Positions 18,701 to 26,862 of a DNA stretch of 32,000 bases are shown in pieces. Positions within the stretch are counted from its first letter, which is position 1. Each line of letters opens with the position of its first letter. Position numbers and translations under genes: made by a program. The DNA comes from Methylorubrum extorquens (GTDB lineage: Bacteria; Pseudomonadota; Alphaproteobacteria; Rhizobiales; Beijerinckiaceae), in NCBI GenBank assembly GCA_900234795.1, contig LT962688.1:1740001-1772000 (forward strand). Reading direction: 5' to 3'. The notes below the pieces were generated by a model. It saw only the letters and a program-made list of their open reading frames with translations, was not told the DNA's origin and searched no databases.

Positions 18701-18895
18701 GTCCCCGCGCCGGAGCTCGAGCCGATCCAGGTCGAGTCCTTCGCCGAGGCCGCGACCGAAGCGGCAGCGCCCAGCCCGGCCAACGCCGAGCCCGCGCCGG
18801 AGCCCGTCGCGGTGGTGCTGACCCCGCCGGACCCGAACCGTCCCAAGCGGGCCGGCTGGTGGTCGCGCACCAAGGCGGCGCTGTCGGGGGAGTGA
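15773..18895 (+). CDS. rne: Ribonuclease E
   Basis: [14 protein letters not shown]...[29 protein letters not shown]...[22 protein letters not shown]...[10 protein letters not shown]...[15 protein letters not shown]...[14 protein letters not shown] is colinear with the E. coli RNase E catalytic domain. There is a long insertion in the S1 domain and a charge-patterned Arg-rich/acidic C-terminal region. Confidence 0.97.
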   Translation: [1040 protein letters not shown]

Positions 18896-18901
18896 GGCGC
18901 G

Positions 18902-18924
18902 GCGCGGGATCGCGGATCCCGCGC
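18902..18924 (+). other. Perfect 10-bp hairpin immediately after the rne stop
   Basis: gcgcgggatc-gcg-gatcccgcgc, with no U-tract. Confidence 0.6.
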
Positions 18925-18953
18925 ACGGCTCCTGATGCGTCCTGATACTTGCG

Positions 18954-18990
18954 AAGCGGGGTCCGGCTCAGCCGGGCCCCGCTTTGCGTA
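18954..18990 (+). terminator. Probable rho-independent terminator of rne
   Basis: aagcggggtccgg-ctca-gccgggccccgctt (one G-U wobble) is followed by the T-rich segment tgcgtattgcggttt. Confidence 0.6.
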
Positions 18991-19388
18991 TTGCGGTTTG
19001 CCGGAACTCGGAGGACGAGCCTGTGCCCGGCTTCGAGAAGGGCCGGATGCGGCGCTGACGGATGCCGAGGAACTGACAGGCCAGGCGGCTATCATCCAGC
19101 ATGTGTCGGTTTACAGGTTCCCCCGAAACGACGGGGAGCCACAGCGCGAATGAGACGCGCAGGCAGGTGCCGCGGCCGGCACGACGATGGCGATGACCGC
19201 GAGGCCAACTCGCCGACCCTTTCGGTGTGCATCCGCCGACGCGTAGGCCGGTCACTGTCGAAGATGGGCCTTGCTGAGGGCAGCGCGAGAGGCAGGTGCC
19301 GCTTGGGAGCGGCCGAGTGGCCGGCCGGCGAACGGTTGACCGATCCAACCCGCTAAGGTTGTAAACTCTCGGGGTTCTCCCGATTGGG

Positions 19389-20282
19389 GTGCGGGCGGTG
19401 GCACGGTTTTGCTCTTGGCTGGCCTTCTCGGCCCTCCTGCTGGCCGTCGTCTACCAGGGCGGCCGAACGACGATCCTGGCACAAGGCATCGCGGCGCTCT
19501 CCATCGTCGTGCTGTTCCTGCATGCGGTGCTGACCCTCGGCGTGATCAGAGCGGGCGCCTTCCTCGCGATCTGCCTCACGGTGACCTTCGCGATCGAGAA
19601 TCTCGGCGTCGCCACCGGATTTCCCTTCGGGGCCTACGAATTCCTTGTCGCGCCCGATCTCCCGCATGTGGGCGCGATCCCGGTCATCGTCGGGCCACTC
19701 TATTTTGGGATCGGCTATCCCGCTTGGATCATCGCTTGCCTGCTTCTGGGAACCGATGTCGGCGGTCCGGCGAACCGCCGGGAACTCGCGTTCACGCCCG
19801 TCGTCGCGGCCTTCACCCTGACGCAGTGGGACGTGGTCATGGACCCGGCCAGCGCCACGATCGGACGGGCTTGGGCCTGGTTCGAGAGCGGCGGCTATTT
19901 CGGCGTCCCGCTCTCGAACTTTTTCGGTTGGTTCCTGACGACGTGGCTGTTCTTCCAGGGCTTCGCCCTGTTTGCCTATCGAGATCGAGGCCGGCGTCAG
20001 AGCATCCGGCGGAGCCCGGCCTTCCTGGCGGTGCCGGTGTTGCTCTACGCCGCCTCCGCGCTCTGCCACCTGCTGCCGCTTCTCGACCCTGACACGGCCG
20101 TCGTGGATGCCGGCGGACGCTTCTGGTCTTCCGCCGACATCCGCGAGACGGCGGCGATCATGGCCCTGTTCACCATGCTCCCGGTCGCCGTTGTCGCCTT
20201 GATGAAGCTGGCAGGGATGGCGGACCCGCTGGGCGCGGAAACGGTTCGTGCGGATCGACCCACGCATTTTCCGGCCTCCTGA
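19389..20282 (+). CDS. DUF422 / carotenoid-biosynthesis-associated membrane protein (Caroten_synth family)
   Basis: The 297-aa polytopic protein carries FAIENLGVATGFPFGAYEF, which I recall as the hallmark E-x-x-G-x-x-T-G-F-P-F-G-x-Y motif of this family. GTG start. The family call has not been verified by a search. Confidence 0.55.
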   Translation: MRAVARFCSWLAFSALLLAVVYQGGRTTILAQGIAALSIVVLFLHAVLTLGVIRAGAFLAICLTVTFAIENLGVATGFPFGAYEFLVAPDLPHVGAIPVIVGPLYFGIGYPAWIIACLLLGTDVGGPANRRELAFTPVVAAFTLTQWDVVMDPASATIGRAWAWFESGGYFGVPLSNFFGWFLTTWLFFQGFALFAYRDRGRRQSIRRSPAFLAVPVLLYAASALCHLLPLLDPDTAVVDAGGRFWSSADIRETAAIMALFTMLPVAVVALMKLAGMADPLGAETVRADRPTHFPAS

Positions 20283-20315
20283 AGGGGGCGAGCCGCGAAC
20301 CGCTCCGCCAACGGC

Positions 20316-21479
20316 TCAGCCCAGCCAACCCTTCAGCCGCGTCACCGCCTCGGCGCATTCGGCGTTCGAGCCGGCGAAGGAGAAGCGGATGTGGTGGCCG
20401 CCCTCCTCCGGGTCGAAGTCGAGGCCCGGGGTTGCGGCGACGCCCGCCTCCTCCAGCATCCGCCGGCAGAAGGCGCTGGCGTCGTCGGTGTGCCGGGCGA
20501 TGTCGGCATAGAGATAGAAGGCCCCGTCCACCGGGTGGATGTCGCTGAAGCCGAGCGACGGCAGTGCGTCGAGGAGCAGGGCGCGGTTGGCCGCGTACCC
20601 CTCGCGGATCGCGACGATCTCGTCGAGGGTGTCGAAGGCGGCGAGCGCCGCGACCTGCGAGAGATAGGGCGCGGAGATGTAGAGGTTCTGCGCCAGCCGC
20701 TCGATTCCGCGGACCAGCGCCTCGGGCACCACCATCCAGCCGACCCGCCAGCCGGTCATGCAGTAGAATTTCGAGAAGGAGTTGATGACCAGCGCGTTCG
20801 CATCGAATTGCAGCGCGGTCGCCGTCGGCACGCCGTAGCTGAGGCCGTGATAGATCTCGTCGGAGATGAAGGGCAGCGAGAGCGCCCGCGCCGTGGCGCA
20901 GAGTTCGGCAAGCCGGGTCGGCTCGATCACCGTGCCCGAGGGGTTGGCCGGGCTCATCACCAGCAGGCCGGAGAGCGGCTGCGCCGCATGGACCGCGCGC
21001 ACCAGCGCGGGGGTCGGGGCGTAGCGGTCTTCCGCGCGCAGGGTCAGCGGCTGCGGGATCAGGTCGAGGGCGCGCAGGATGCCGTCATAGGCCGGGTAGC
21101 CGGGGCGCGGCACGCCGATCCGGGCGCCCGCATCGAACAGGGCGAGGAAGGCCAGCACGAAACCCGCCGAGGAGCCTGTCGTCACCACCACCCGCTCCGG
21201 CGAGAGGCTGACACCGTAGGTCTCGGCGTAGTGCCGGGCGATGCGCTCGCGCAGGCGCGGAAGCCCGAGCGCTTCGGTGTAGGGGATGCGCCCGTCGGCG
21301 AGCGCTCCTTGCGCCGCCGCGATCACCGCGCGGGGTGCGGGCGCCGAGGGCTGGCCGACCTCCATGTGCACGACGCCCTCCCCGCGCCGCTCGCGGGCGC
21401 CGGCGGCGGCCATCACGTCCATCGCCAGGAAGGGCGCCACGGCCTGGGCGCGGCGCGAGAGGACGGGATCGGGGCTCAA
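20316..21479 (-). CDS. Pyridoxal-phosphate-dependent aminotransferase (class I/II)
   Basis: The 387-aa protein shows SPANPSGTV, a NSFSKFYCMTGWRVGW PLP-lysine motif, and a HIRFSFA C-terminal motif. Confidence 0.92.
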   Translation of the reverse strand: MSPDPVLSRRAQAVAPFLAMDVMAAAGARERRGEGVVHMEVGQPSAPAPRAVIAAAQGALADGRIPYTEALGLPRLRERIARHYAETYGVSLSPERVVVTTGSSAGFVLAFLALFDAGARIGVPRPGYPAYDGILRALDLIPQPLTLRAEDRYAPTPALVRAVHAAQPLSGLLVMSPANPSGTVIEPTRLAELCATARALSLPFISDEIYHGLSYGVPTATALQFDANALVINSFSKFYCMTGWRVGWMVVPEALVRGIERLAQNLYISAPYLSQVAALAAFDTLDEIVAIREGYAANRALLLDALPSLGFSDIHPVDGAFYLYADIARHTDDASAFCRRMLEEAGVAATPGLDFDPEEGGHHIRFSFAGSNAECAEAVTRLKGWLG

Positions 21480-21557
21480 AGGCGAGGCTCCTCACGGGAG
21501 AGGCGGGACCCCGGTCAGGTAGACCCTGCCGGCGCCCCGCTCAACCGTCAGGGGCGC

Positions 21558-22899
21558 CTACCAGGTGAGCTGCGCCCGGCCGATGAAGAGGTCGGCGTCG
21601 ACGGTGCGGCGGCCGAAGTTCAGCGATTCCGCCGACGGTTCGGCATGCGAGCGGATGTAGTCGAAGACGAAGCGGATGTTGGGCTCGGGATACCAGTTCG
21701 CGCCCGCGGTGAAGTCGTGCTCGACGCCGCCGCGCACCTCACGGGATTCGAGGTCGATGGCGCTGTAACGGACCCCGAGTTCGAACAGGCCCGTGCCGCC
21801 GCGGCTGACCCGCTGGCGTTCCTCGACGGTGACGCCGGTGAAGACGCCGTACTCGCTGCCATAGGTCGGCACGACCCGGTAGGGCCGGCCCTTGTCGTTG
21901 AGCACCACCGAGGCCTGGATGTAGCCGCCCTGGAACAGCAGCGGCGGGCGTCCGTCGCGGCGCTCGATATCGGTGAGGATGTACTCGCCCTGGAGCCGGA
22001 ACGGACCCTGCTGCCATGCCGCCTCGACCCCGACCCGGCCGATCGCCGTGGCGTCGCGGATTGTCCGGGTGTTGACGAGCGGGCGGGCGAACAGGAACGC
22101 CTCCGAGCGGCTCGACAGACTGAGGCTGCTGTCGTCGTCGCCGAGCGTCCGATAGCTGCCGGCGAGGCCGAGATGCAGCACGTCGTTCTTGTTCTCAGAG
22201 AGCCACGGCGTGTAGGTCAAGCGGGTGGTCGAGGCGATCCCATTGTTCTGCAGGCCGGTGTTGATGTTGCCGCCGAACACGCCCGTCACCGCGGTCCAGT
22301 TGGCGCCGTGGGTGCCGATGGCGGAGCCGAAGTTCCGCGCCGGGGCGAAGGCGTCGGCCTGGGAGCGCTCGGTGAACTGGCTGACATTGTCGCTGATGAG
22401 CTGATCGAGGCTGAACGGCTCCTTGAAGTTGCCCTGGGTGATGATGACGTCCTGAAAGCCCTTGTAGGCGACGATGGCGTCGCTCACCGGCACGCGTCGC
22501 TCGTTGAAGTCGTACTGGAAGGCGAATTCGAAGTCCTTGAGGCTGTAATAGGTCTCGATCCAGGCCCGGCGGATCGCCGCCGGCTCCTCGAACACCGTGC
22601 CGAAGCCGCGCTGCTGCACATGCCCCGTGCCGAAATCCCCCCTGGAGCCGGCCGCCGATGCGGAATGTGCTGCCGTCGTCGAGCCGGACCGTGATGCCCT
22701 TCTCGTCGAGGGTCACGGGCGGCTTGGCCTCGGCCTTCTTGCGGGACGTCTCGTCGGCCGCGGCGGGGCCGGCGGAGCAGGTCAGGACCGAGGCAAGAAT
22801 CGAGACCGCGGCCAGGGCGAGGCTTGGGGCGGCGGCGGAAGCAAGGCAGCGGAGGGCGCGGCGAGGCGGCATCGGAACATCCAAGGCGGGGCAGGTCAT
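21558..22899 (-). pseudogene. OprO/OprP-family (phosphate-selective-type) outer-membrane porin, frameshifted after the N-terminal region
   Basis: Track ORF 21558..22619 is a beta-barrel-like sequence ending ...FIGRAQLTW. The signal peptide and N-terminus (MTCPALDVPMPPRRALRCLASAAAPSLALAAVSILASV...TFRIGGRLQG) lie in another frame. Removing one C from the C6 run at 22637-22642 joins them (...RLQGDFGTGHVQQRGFGTVFEE). An alternative start is ATG 22872. Confidence 0.8.
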
Positions 22900-22946
22900 G
22901 CTTAACCTTTGATGGTTTTGATGACCCGTGTACGACGCCTGGGATG

Positions 22947-22967
22947 AAAAGGCGGCCCTCGACCGCC
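22947..22967 (-). terminator. Possible terminator of the HD-GYP gene
   Basis: The minus strand reads ggcgg-tcgaggg-ccgcc followed by TTTTCATC, about 30 nt after the stop. Confidence 0.45.
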
Positions 22968-22997
22968 GATATCGCGCGCTCGTTGCCGGAGGCCGCT

Positions 22998-24113
22998 TCA
23001 GGGCACCGTCTGCACCGCCCGGCCGAAGGCCTGCACCAGCCCACCCTCGAGCTTGCCCTGCATGCTCGACAGGATCGAGAGCGCATCGCGGCTCGACATC
23101 GGCACCTTGTAGGGGCGCCGCTCGATCAGGGCGGCATAGATGTCGCAGATCGTCAGCAGCCGCACGGGATCGCCGATCGCGTCGGCGCAGAGCTTGTCCG
23201 GGTAGCCCGAGCCGTCGAGCATCTCGTGATGGTGGCGCGTCACCGCCAGCGTGATCGGGTCGCAGCCGCCGGACGCCATCAGAATCTCGTGGCCGATCGG
23301 TGCGTGGGTCTGCATCACCGCCCGCTCGTCGTCGTCGAGCCGGCCGGGCTTGTTGAGCACGGCGAGCGGGATGCGCGACTTGCCCACGTCGTGCACCAGC
23401 GCGGCGCGGGTCATGAGCTGCTTGTCCGTGGCGGAGAGGCCGAGGTTCTGGGCGAAGGCGGCGACGACGCCGGAGACCAGCAGGCAGTGCTGGAAGGTCA
23501 CGTCGTCGTGTGCCCACACCTCGTCGAGCCAGCGCGACAGCCCGCCCTCGTGGATGGCGTCGAGCACCGGGGCGATGCCCCGCTCCACGCTCGGCAGGTC
23601 GATCGGGCCGGTCTGCGCCGATTCGAACAGGCGCGTCATCAGCGTACCCGCCCGCTCGGCCTCGCGGGTCACCACGAGGTCGGCCACCGACTTCTCGGGC
23701 CAGACCTCGCGCACCAGCGAGCCCACCACCATCCGCGGCTCGGCCAGCGCCGACAGGCACAGGGTGGCACCGAGGTTGCGCGCCTCGGTGAAGGCGGATT
23801 GCTCGTTGCCGCGGGTGAGGCAGATCAGGGGCGCGCGCGTGCGTGCGGGGCGGCTTGCCAGCAAGCGCAGGCAGCGCTTGGCTTCGGGGCGGCTCAGGGT
23901 GATGTCGGCGATCACGCCGCGGAAGGGGCCGATCCGGGCCCAGGTTTCGTCGGTGCCGACGACCCGGCACTCGGCGACCGCGCGCACGGCATCCACCAGG
24001 GACTGGCTTCGATCCGGGCGGTCGCTCAGCACGACGATCACGCTGCCCTCCCCCGCTCCGGCCGAATCGTTGCTTGCCTGGAAGTTGCTTGCCTGGAACT
24101 TGAGGTGCATCAT
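22998..24113 (-). CDS. HD-GYP domain protein (putative cyclic-di-GMP phosphodiesterase) with an N-terminal receiver-like domain
   Basis: Key strings are ALVHDVGKSRIP, HAPIGHEIL and TRHHHEMLDGSGYPD. The N-terminal roughly 120 aa resemble a CheY-like receiver (VIVVLSD...VIADITL...LICLT). An alternative and arguably better start is GTG 24041, preceded by GGGGGAGGG. Confidence 0.9.
   Translation of the reverse strand: MMHLKFQASNFQASNDSAGAGEGSVIVVLSDRPDRSQSLVDAVRAVAECRVVGTDETWARIGPFRGVIADITLSRPEAKRCLRLLASRPARTRAPLICLTRGNEQSAFTEARNLGATLCLSALAEPRMVVGSLVREVWPEKSVADLVVTREAERAGTLMTRLFESAQTGPIDLPSVERGIAPVLDAIHEGGLSRWLDEVWAHDDVTFQHCLLVSGVVAAFAQNLGLSATDKQLMTRAALVHDVGKSRIPLAVLNKPGRLDDDERAVMQTHAPIGHEILMASGGCDPITLAVTRHHHEMLDGSGYPDKLCADAIGDPVRLLTICDIYAALIERRPYKVPMSSRDALSILSSMQGKLEGGLVQAFGRAVQTVP
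24069..24098. repeat. Perfect 15-bp tandem duplication (gttgcttgcctggaa x2)
   Basis: Read directly from the sequence at 24069-24083 and 24084-24098. It encodes FQASN-FQASN if ATG 24113 is the start, and lies in the 5' UTR if GTG 24041 is the start. Confidence 0.95.
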
Positions 24114-24354
24114 TTAGCAAATCGCTAAAATCGAACGACTTTCGGTTGCGCGGCCGGACGGAGCGGTCGCCGCGAAATCGCCGCAGCCCGGGAGCAGGAA
24201 CGGCGCGAGGCCCTTCAGGGGGCTCCCGTCCGGATCAGATTCGGGTCGGCGCGGCGGATGCGCCGTGCCATAGTTTCGTCGGCGGGGCCGGTGGGAACGC
24301 CGTGTCGCTGGTCCCGGCCGGGATGTCGTCCCCGACATGCATTTCGAGGTATCG

Positions 24355-25134
24355 ATGAAGCTCTTCCGCTCCGTTTCCGTCTTCGCCCTCGCCGGCGGCC
24401 TTGCGCTCGGTGCGGCCGTCGGCGCCCGCGCGGAGGATGCCGCCCCCTTCACCGACGCCCAGCGCAAGGCGATCGAGGGGATCGTCAAGGACTACCTCGT
24501 CAAGAACCCGGACGTGCTGCAGGAGGCGATCGCCGAGGGCGAGCGCCGCGCCCAAGAGACGCAGAAGCTCGCCCAGGCCGCCGCGCTGAAGGAGTCGCGC
24601 GAGGCGTTGACGAACTCGCCCCACGGCATCGTCGCCGGCAACCCGAACGGCGACGTCACCGTGGTCGAGTTCTTCGACTACAATTGCGGCTATTGCCGCA
24701 AGGCGTTCACCGACGTGCAGACCCTGATCAAGTCCGATCCGAAGCTGCGCGTGGTGCTCAAGGACTTCCCCGTGCTCGGCGCCGAGTCGCTGGAGGCGAG
24801 CCGGATCGCGCTTGCGGCCAAGCTCCAGCTCAAGCCGGAGAAGATGTTCGACTTCCACGCCAAGCTGCTCGAGACCAAGGGCCGCATCAACGGCGAGCGG
24901 GCGATCGCGGTGGCCAAGGAATTCGGTGCCGACGTGGAGCGCCTGAAGAAGGACGCGCAGGGGCCGGAGGTGAAGGCCGCACTCACCGAGAATGTGGGCC
25001 TCGGCGACAAGCTCAGCCTCTCGGGCACCCCCGCCTTCGTCATCGGCGACGAGATCCTGCCGGGCGCGGTCGGCGTCGAGCCGATGCGCAAGACCATCAG
25101 CGACATCCGCCAGTGCGGCCACGCGAGCTGCTGA
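24355..25134 (+). CDS. DsbA-family periplasmic thiol:disulfide oxidoreductase
   Basis: Signal peptide MKLFRSVSVFALAGGLALGAAVGARA is followed by the thioredoxin-fold active site FFDYNCGYCRK. SD GAGG lies 7 nt upstream of ATG 24355. The track ORF starts at 24337. Confidence 0.9.
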   Translation: MKLFRSVSVFALAGGLALGAAVGARAEDAAPFTDAQRKAIEGIVKDYLVKNPDVLQEAIAEGERRAQETQKLAQAAALKESREALTNSPHGIVAGNPNGDVTVVEFFDYNCGYCRKAFTDVQTLIKSDPKLRVVLKDFPVLGAESLEASRIALAAKLQLKPEKMFDFHAKLLETKGRINGERAIAVAKEFGADVERLKKDAQGPEVKAALTENVGLGDKLSLSGTPAFVIGDEILPGAVGVEPMRKTISDIRQCGHASC

Positions 25135-25156
25135 GCCGCTGCTCTCGACGGAAAGA

Positions 25157-25197
25157 AACAAGGGTCCGGTGCGGATCGACCGCACCGGGCCCTTGTT
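25157..25197. terminator. Bidirectional terminator between the convergent dsbA-family and mscS-family genes
   Basis: aacaagggtccggtgcgg-atcga-ccgcaccgggcccttgtt is an 18-bp stem with one G-U wobble. It is flanked by gaaagaa on the left and cgttc on the right. Confidence 0.75.
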
Positions 25198-25200
25198 CGT

Positions 25201-26382
25201 TCAGGCCGCCGCAGCGCGGGGATCGCTTTGGAGCGGGCGCTCGCCGCGGATGCCGGTCTCGTTGCCGGCCTCCGGCCGTGCCTGGCCGCCGGGATAGGGC
25301 GGATCGGGGTTCACCCATTCCGCCCGCTGGCGCGGCAGGGCGCTGGGATGCTCCTTCTGCAGGAAGCCGATCATCTTCTCGCGCACCTCGCAGCGCAGAT
25401 CCCAGGTCTGCGGCGCGTTGCGGGCGCTCACCAGCATCCGCAGCTCGATCACGCCCTCCCGCGCGTCCGAGACCTGCAGGTTGACCACGTTGCCGTCCCA
25501 CAGCCGGGACGCCCCGGCGATCCGCCGCAATTCCTTGCGCATCGCCTCGATTGGCGCCCGGTGATCGACGTAGAGGAACACCGAGCCGATCAGGGAGGCG
25601 CCCTCGCGGGTCCAGTTCTGGAACGGCTTCTGGATGAAGTAGGTCAGCGGCAGGACGAGGCGGCGCCAGTCCCATAGCCGCACGACGACGTAGGTCGCGT
25701 TGATCTCCTCGACCCAGCCCCACTCGTTCTCGACGATGACCGCGTCCTCGATCCGGATCGGCTGGGTGATGGCGATCTGGATGCCCGCCACGAGGTTGGA
25801 GAGCACCGGCTGCATCGCCAGACCGAGGATCAGCCCGGCCGCGCCCGCCGAGGCGAGCAGGCTCACCCCGTATTGCCGCACCGGCTCGAAGGTCATCAGC
25901 GCGATGGCGATGGTGACGATGGCCACCAGCGTCAGCGCCGCCCGTTCGAGGATGCGCATCTGCGTGAAGTGCTTGCGGGCGAGCAAGTTGTCTTCCGCAT
26001 CGAGCTTGAACCGTCGCAGGTAGATCACGGTGGCGATGTGGATCGCGGTGGCGCAGGTCCAGCCCGCGAGGGTCACGAAGGCGACGAGCAGCACCTGATT
26101 GAGGACGAGCCGGATCTGCCATGTGAGCGGCGCGGTGGAGACCGCGAGCGTCAGGCTCATGACCAGCAGCGCGAGCCGGCTCGGACCGCGGGTGCGTGAC
26201 ACCAGTGAGCGCCAGAACAGGCTCTTCCCGCTCACCGCCCTCTGCGCGAAGCGATAGGTCACCCCGTGCAGGGGCAGCACCAGCGCGCAGCAGCCGGCCA
26301 CCAGGATCGGGCTCGCCACCCACCAGGGCCATTGGACGATCCACCCGATCGACTGATCGAAGAATGCGTGGGCTTGCGCCAT
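25201..26382 (-). CDS. Mechanosensitive ion channel (MscS family)
   Basis: LILGLAMQPVLSNLVAGIQIAITQPIRIEDAVIVENEWGWVEEINATYVVVRLWDWRRLVLP is the conserved TM3/beta-domain. ATG 26382 is preceded by GAGAGG. The upstream part of track ORF 25201..26646 is not protein-like. Confidence 0.9.
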   Translation of the reverse strand: MAQAHAFFDQSIGWIVQWPWWVASPILVAGCCALVLPLHGVTYRFAQRAVSGKSLFWRSLVSRTRGPSRLALLVMSLTLAVSTAPLTWQIRLVLNQVLLVAFVTLAGWTCATAIHIATVIYLRRFKLDAEDNLLARKHFTQMRILERAALTLVAIVTIAIALMTFEPVRQYGVSLLASAGAAGLILGLAMQPVLSNLVAGIQIAITQPIRIEDAVIVENEWGWVEEINATYVVVRLWDWRRLVLPLTYFIQKPFQNWTREGASLIGSVFLYVDHRAPIEAMRKELRRIAGASRLWDGNVVNLQVSDAREGVIELRMLVSARNAPQTWDLRCEVREKMIGFLQKEHPSALPRQRAEWVNPDPPYPGGQARPEAGNETGIRGERPLQSDPRAAAA

Positions 26383-26708
26383 CGATATCCTCTCGCGGCC
26401 GATCCTGCCGGCGAAGGATGCGAGCCGGGCAAGGCCCCCGCGTCGCCGAGGTCCCTCCGCCCGAGATCCTTTCGCCGGAAGGACCACACCGGGGCAATGA
26501 TCGCTGGCGGAGGCGGTTCCGCACTGCACAATAGTCCGGAAATCCGCTCCGGCCGGGCGCAGTTTTCTGCCTGAGGCAGCCTCCGTGAAGCCTGCCAGTG
26601 CCCTCGCATCGAGGGTGACTGCGCGAGGTTTCACGAGCCGTTGCAACAGGCCGATCGACGCTTCCGGAGCCTTGTGCGAGGCCGCGCCGGCACGGCCTGC
26701 GGCCGCCG

Positions 26709-26858
26709 ATGATCGGCGACCCGGACGCCCGTGCCGCGATCGCGAAGGTCTGGGACGTGCGGCGCTGCCTCGCCCTCATCGGGGGCCCGATTCCCGGCGC
26801 GGACGACCGCCCGCTGTTGCCGGTCGATCGGATCGTCGGCGCATGCGGCCGGGGCTGA
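26709..26858 (+). CDS. Candidate unannotated 49-aa ORF (MIGDPDARAAIAKVWDVRRCLALIGGPIPGADDRPLLPVDRIVGACGRG)
   Basis: By hand count, third-position GC is about 90% and second-position GC about 57%, a coding-like periodicity in an otherwise non-coding gap. There is no recognisable SD and no homology. It may be a gene remnant. Confidence 0.3.
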   Translation: MIGDPDARAAIAKVWDVRRCLALIGGPIPGADDRPLLPVDRIVGACGRG

Positions 26859-26862
26859 GCCT

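Noticed and set aside
19150-19250. Partial resemblance to a TPP riboswitch (TGAGA ... ACCCTTTCGG ... GCGTAGG).
   Set aside because: The conserved AACCUGAUC element and the terminal GGGA are missing. The spacing of the CUGAGA-like element is wrong. The downstream gene has no thiamine link. I judge it a chance similarity, and only a covariance-model scan could settle it.
24094-24109. A sigma54-like -24/-12 match (TGGAAC-N5-GTGCA) on the plus strand, pointing toward the dsbA-family gene.
   Set aside because: Spacing of the GG and GC dinucleotides is correct, but flanking consensus bases are imperfect. It overlaps the HD-GYP ATG and would give a leader of about 245 nt. No enhancer-binding protein gene is nearby, and such matches are expected by chance in GC-rich DNA.
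22195-24120. A 641-aa minus-strand ORF spanning the porin 5' end and the whole HD-GYP gene.
   Set aside because: It is out of frame with the HD-GYP protein. Only the segment about 22640-22899 is real, encoding the porin signal peptide and first strand.
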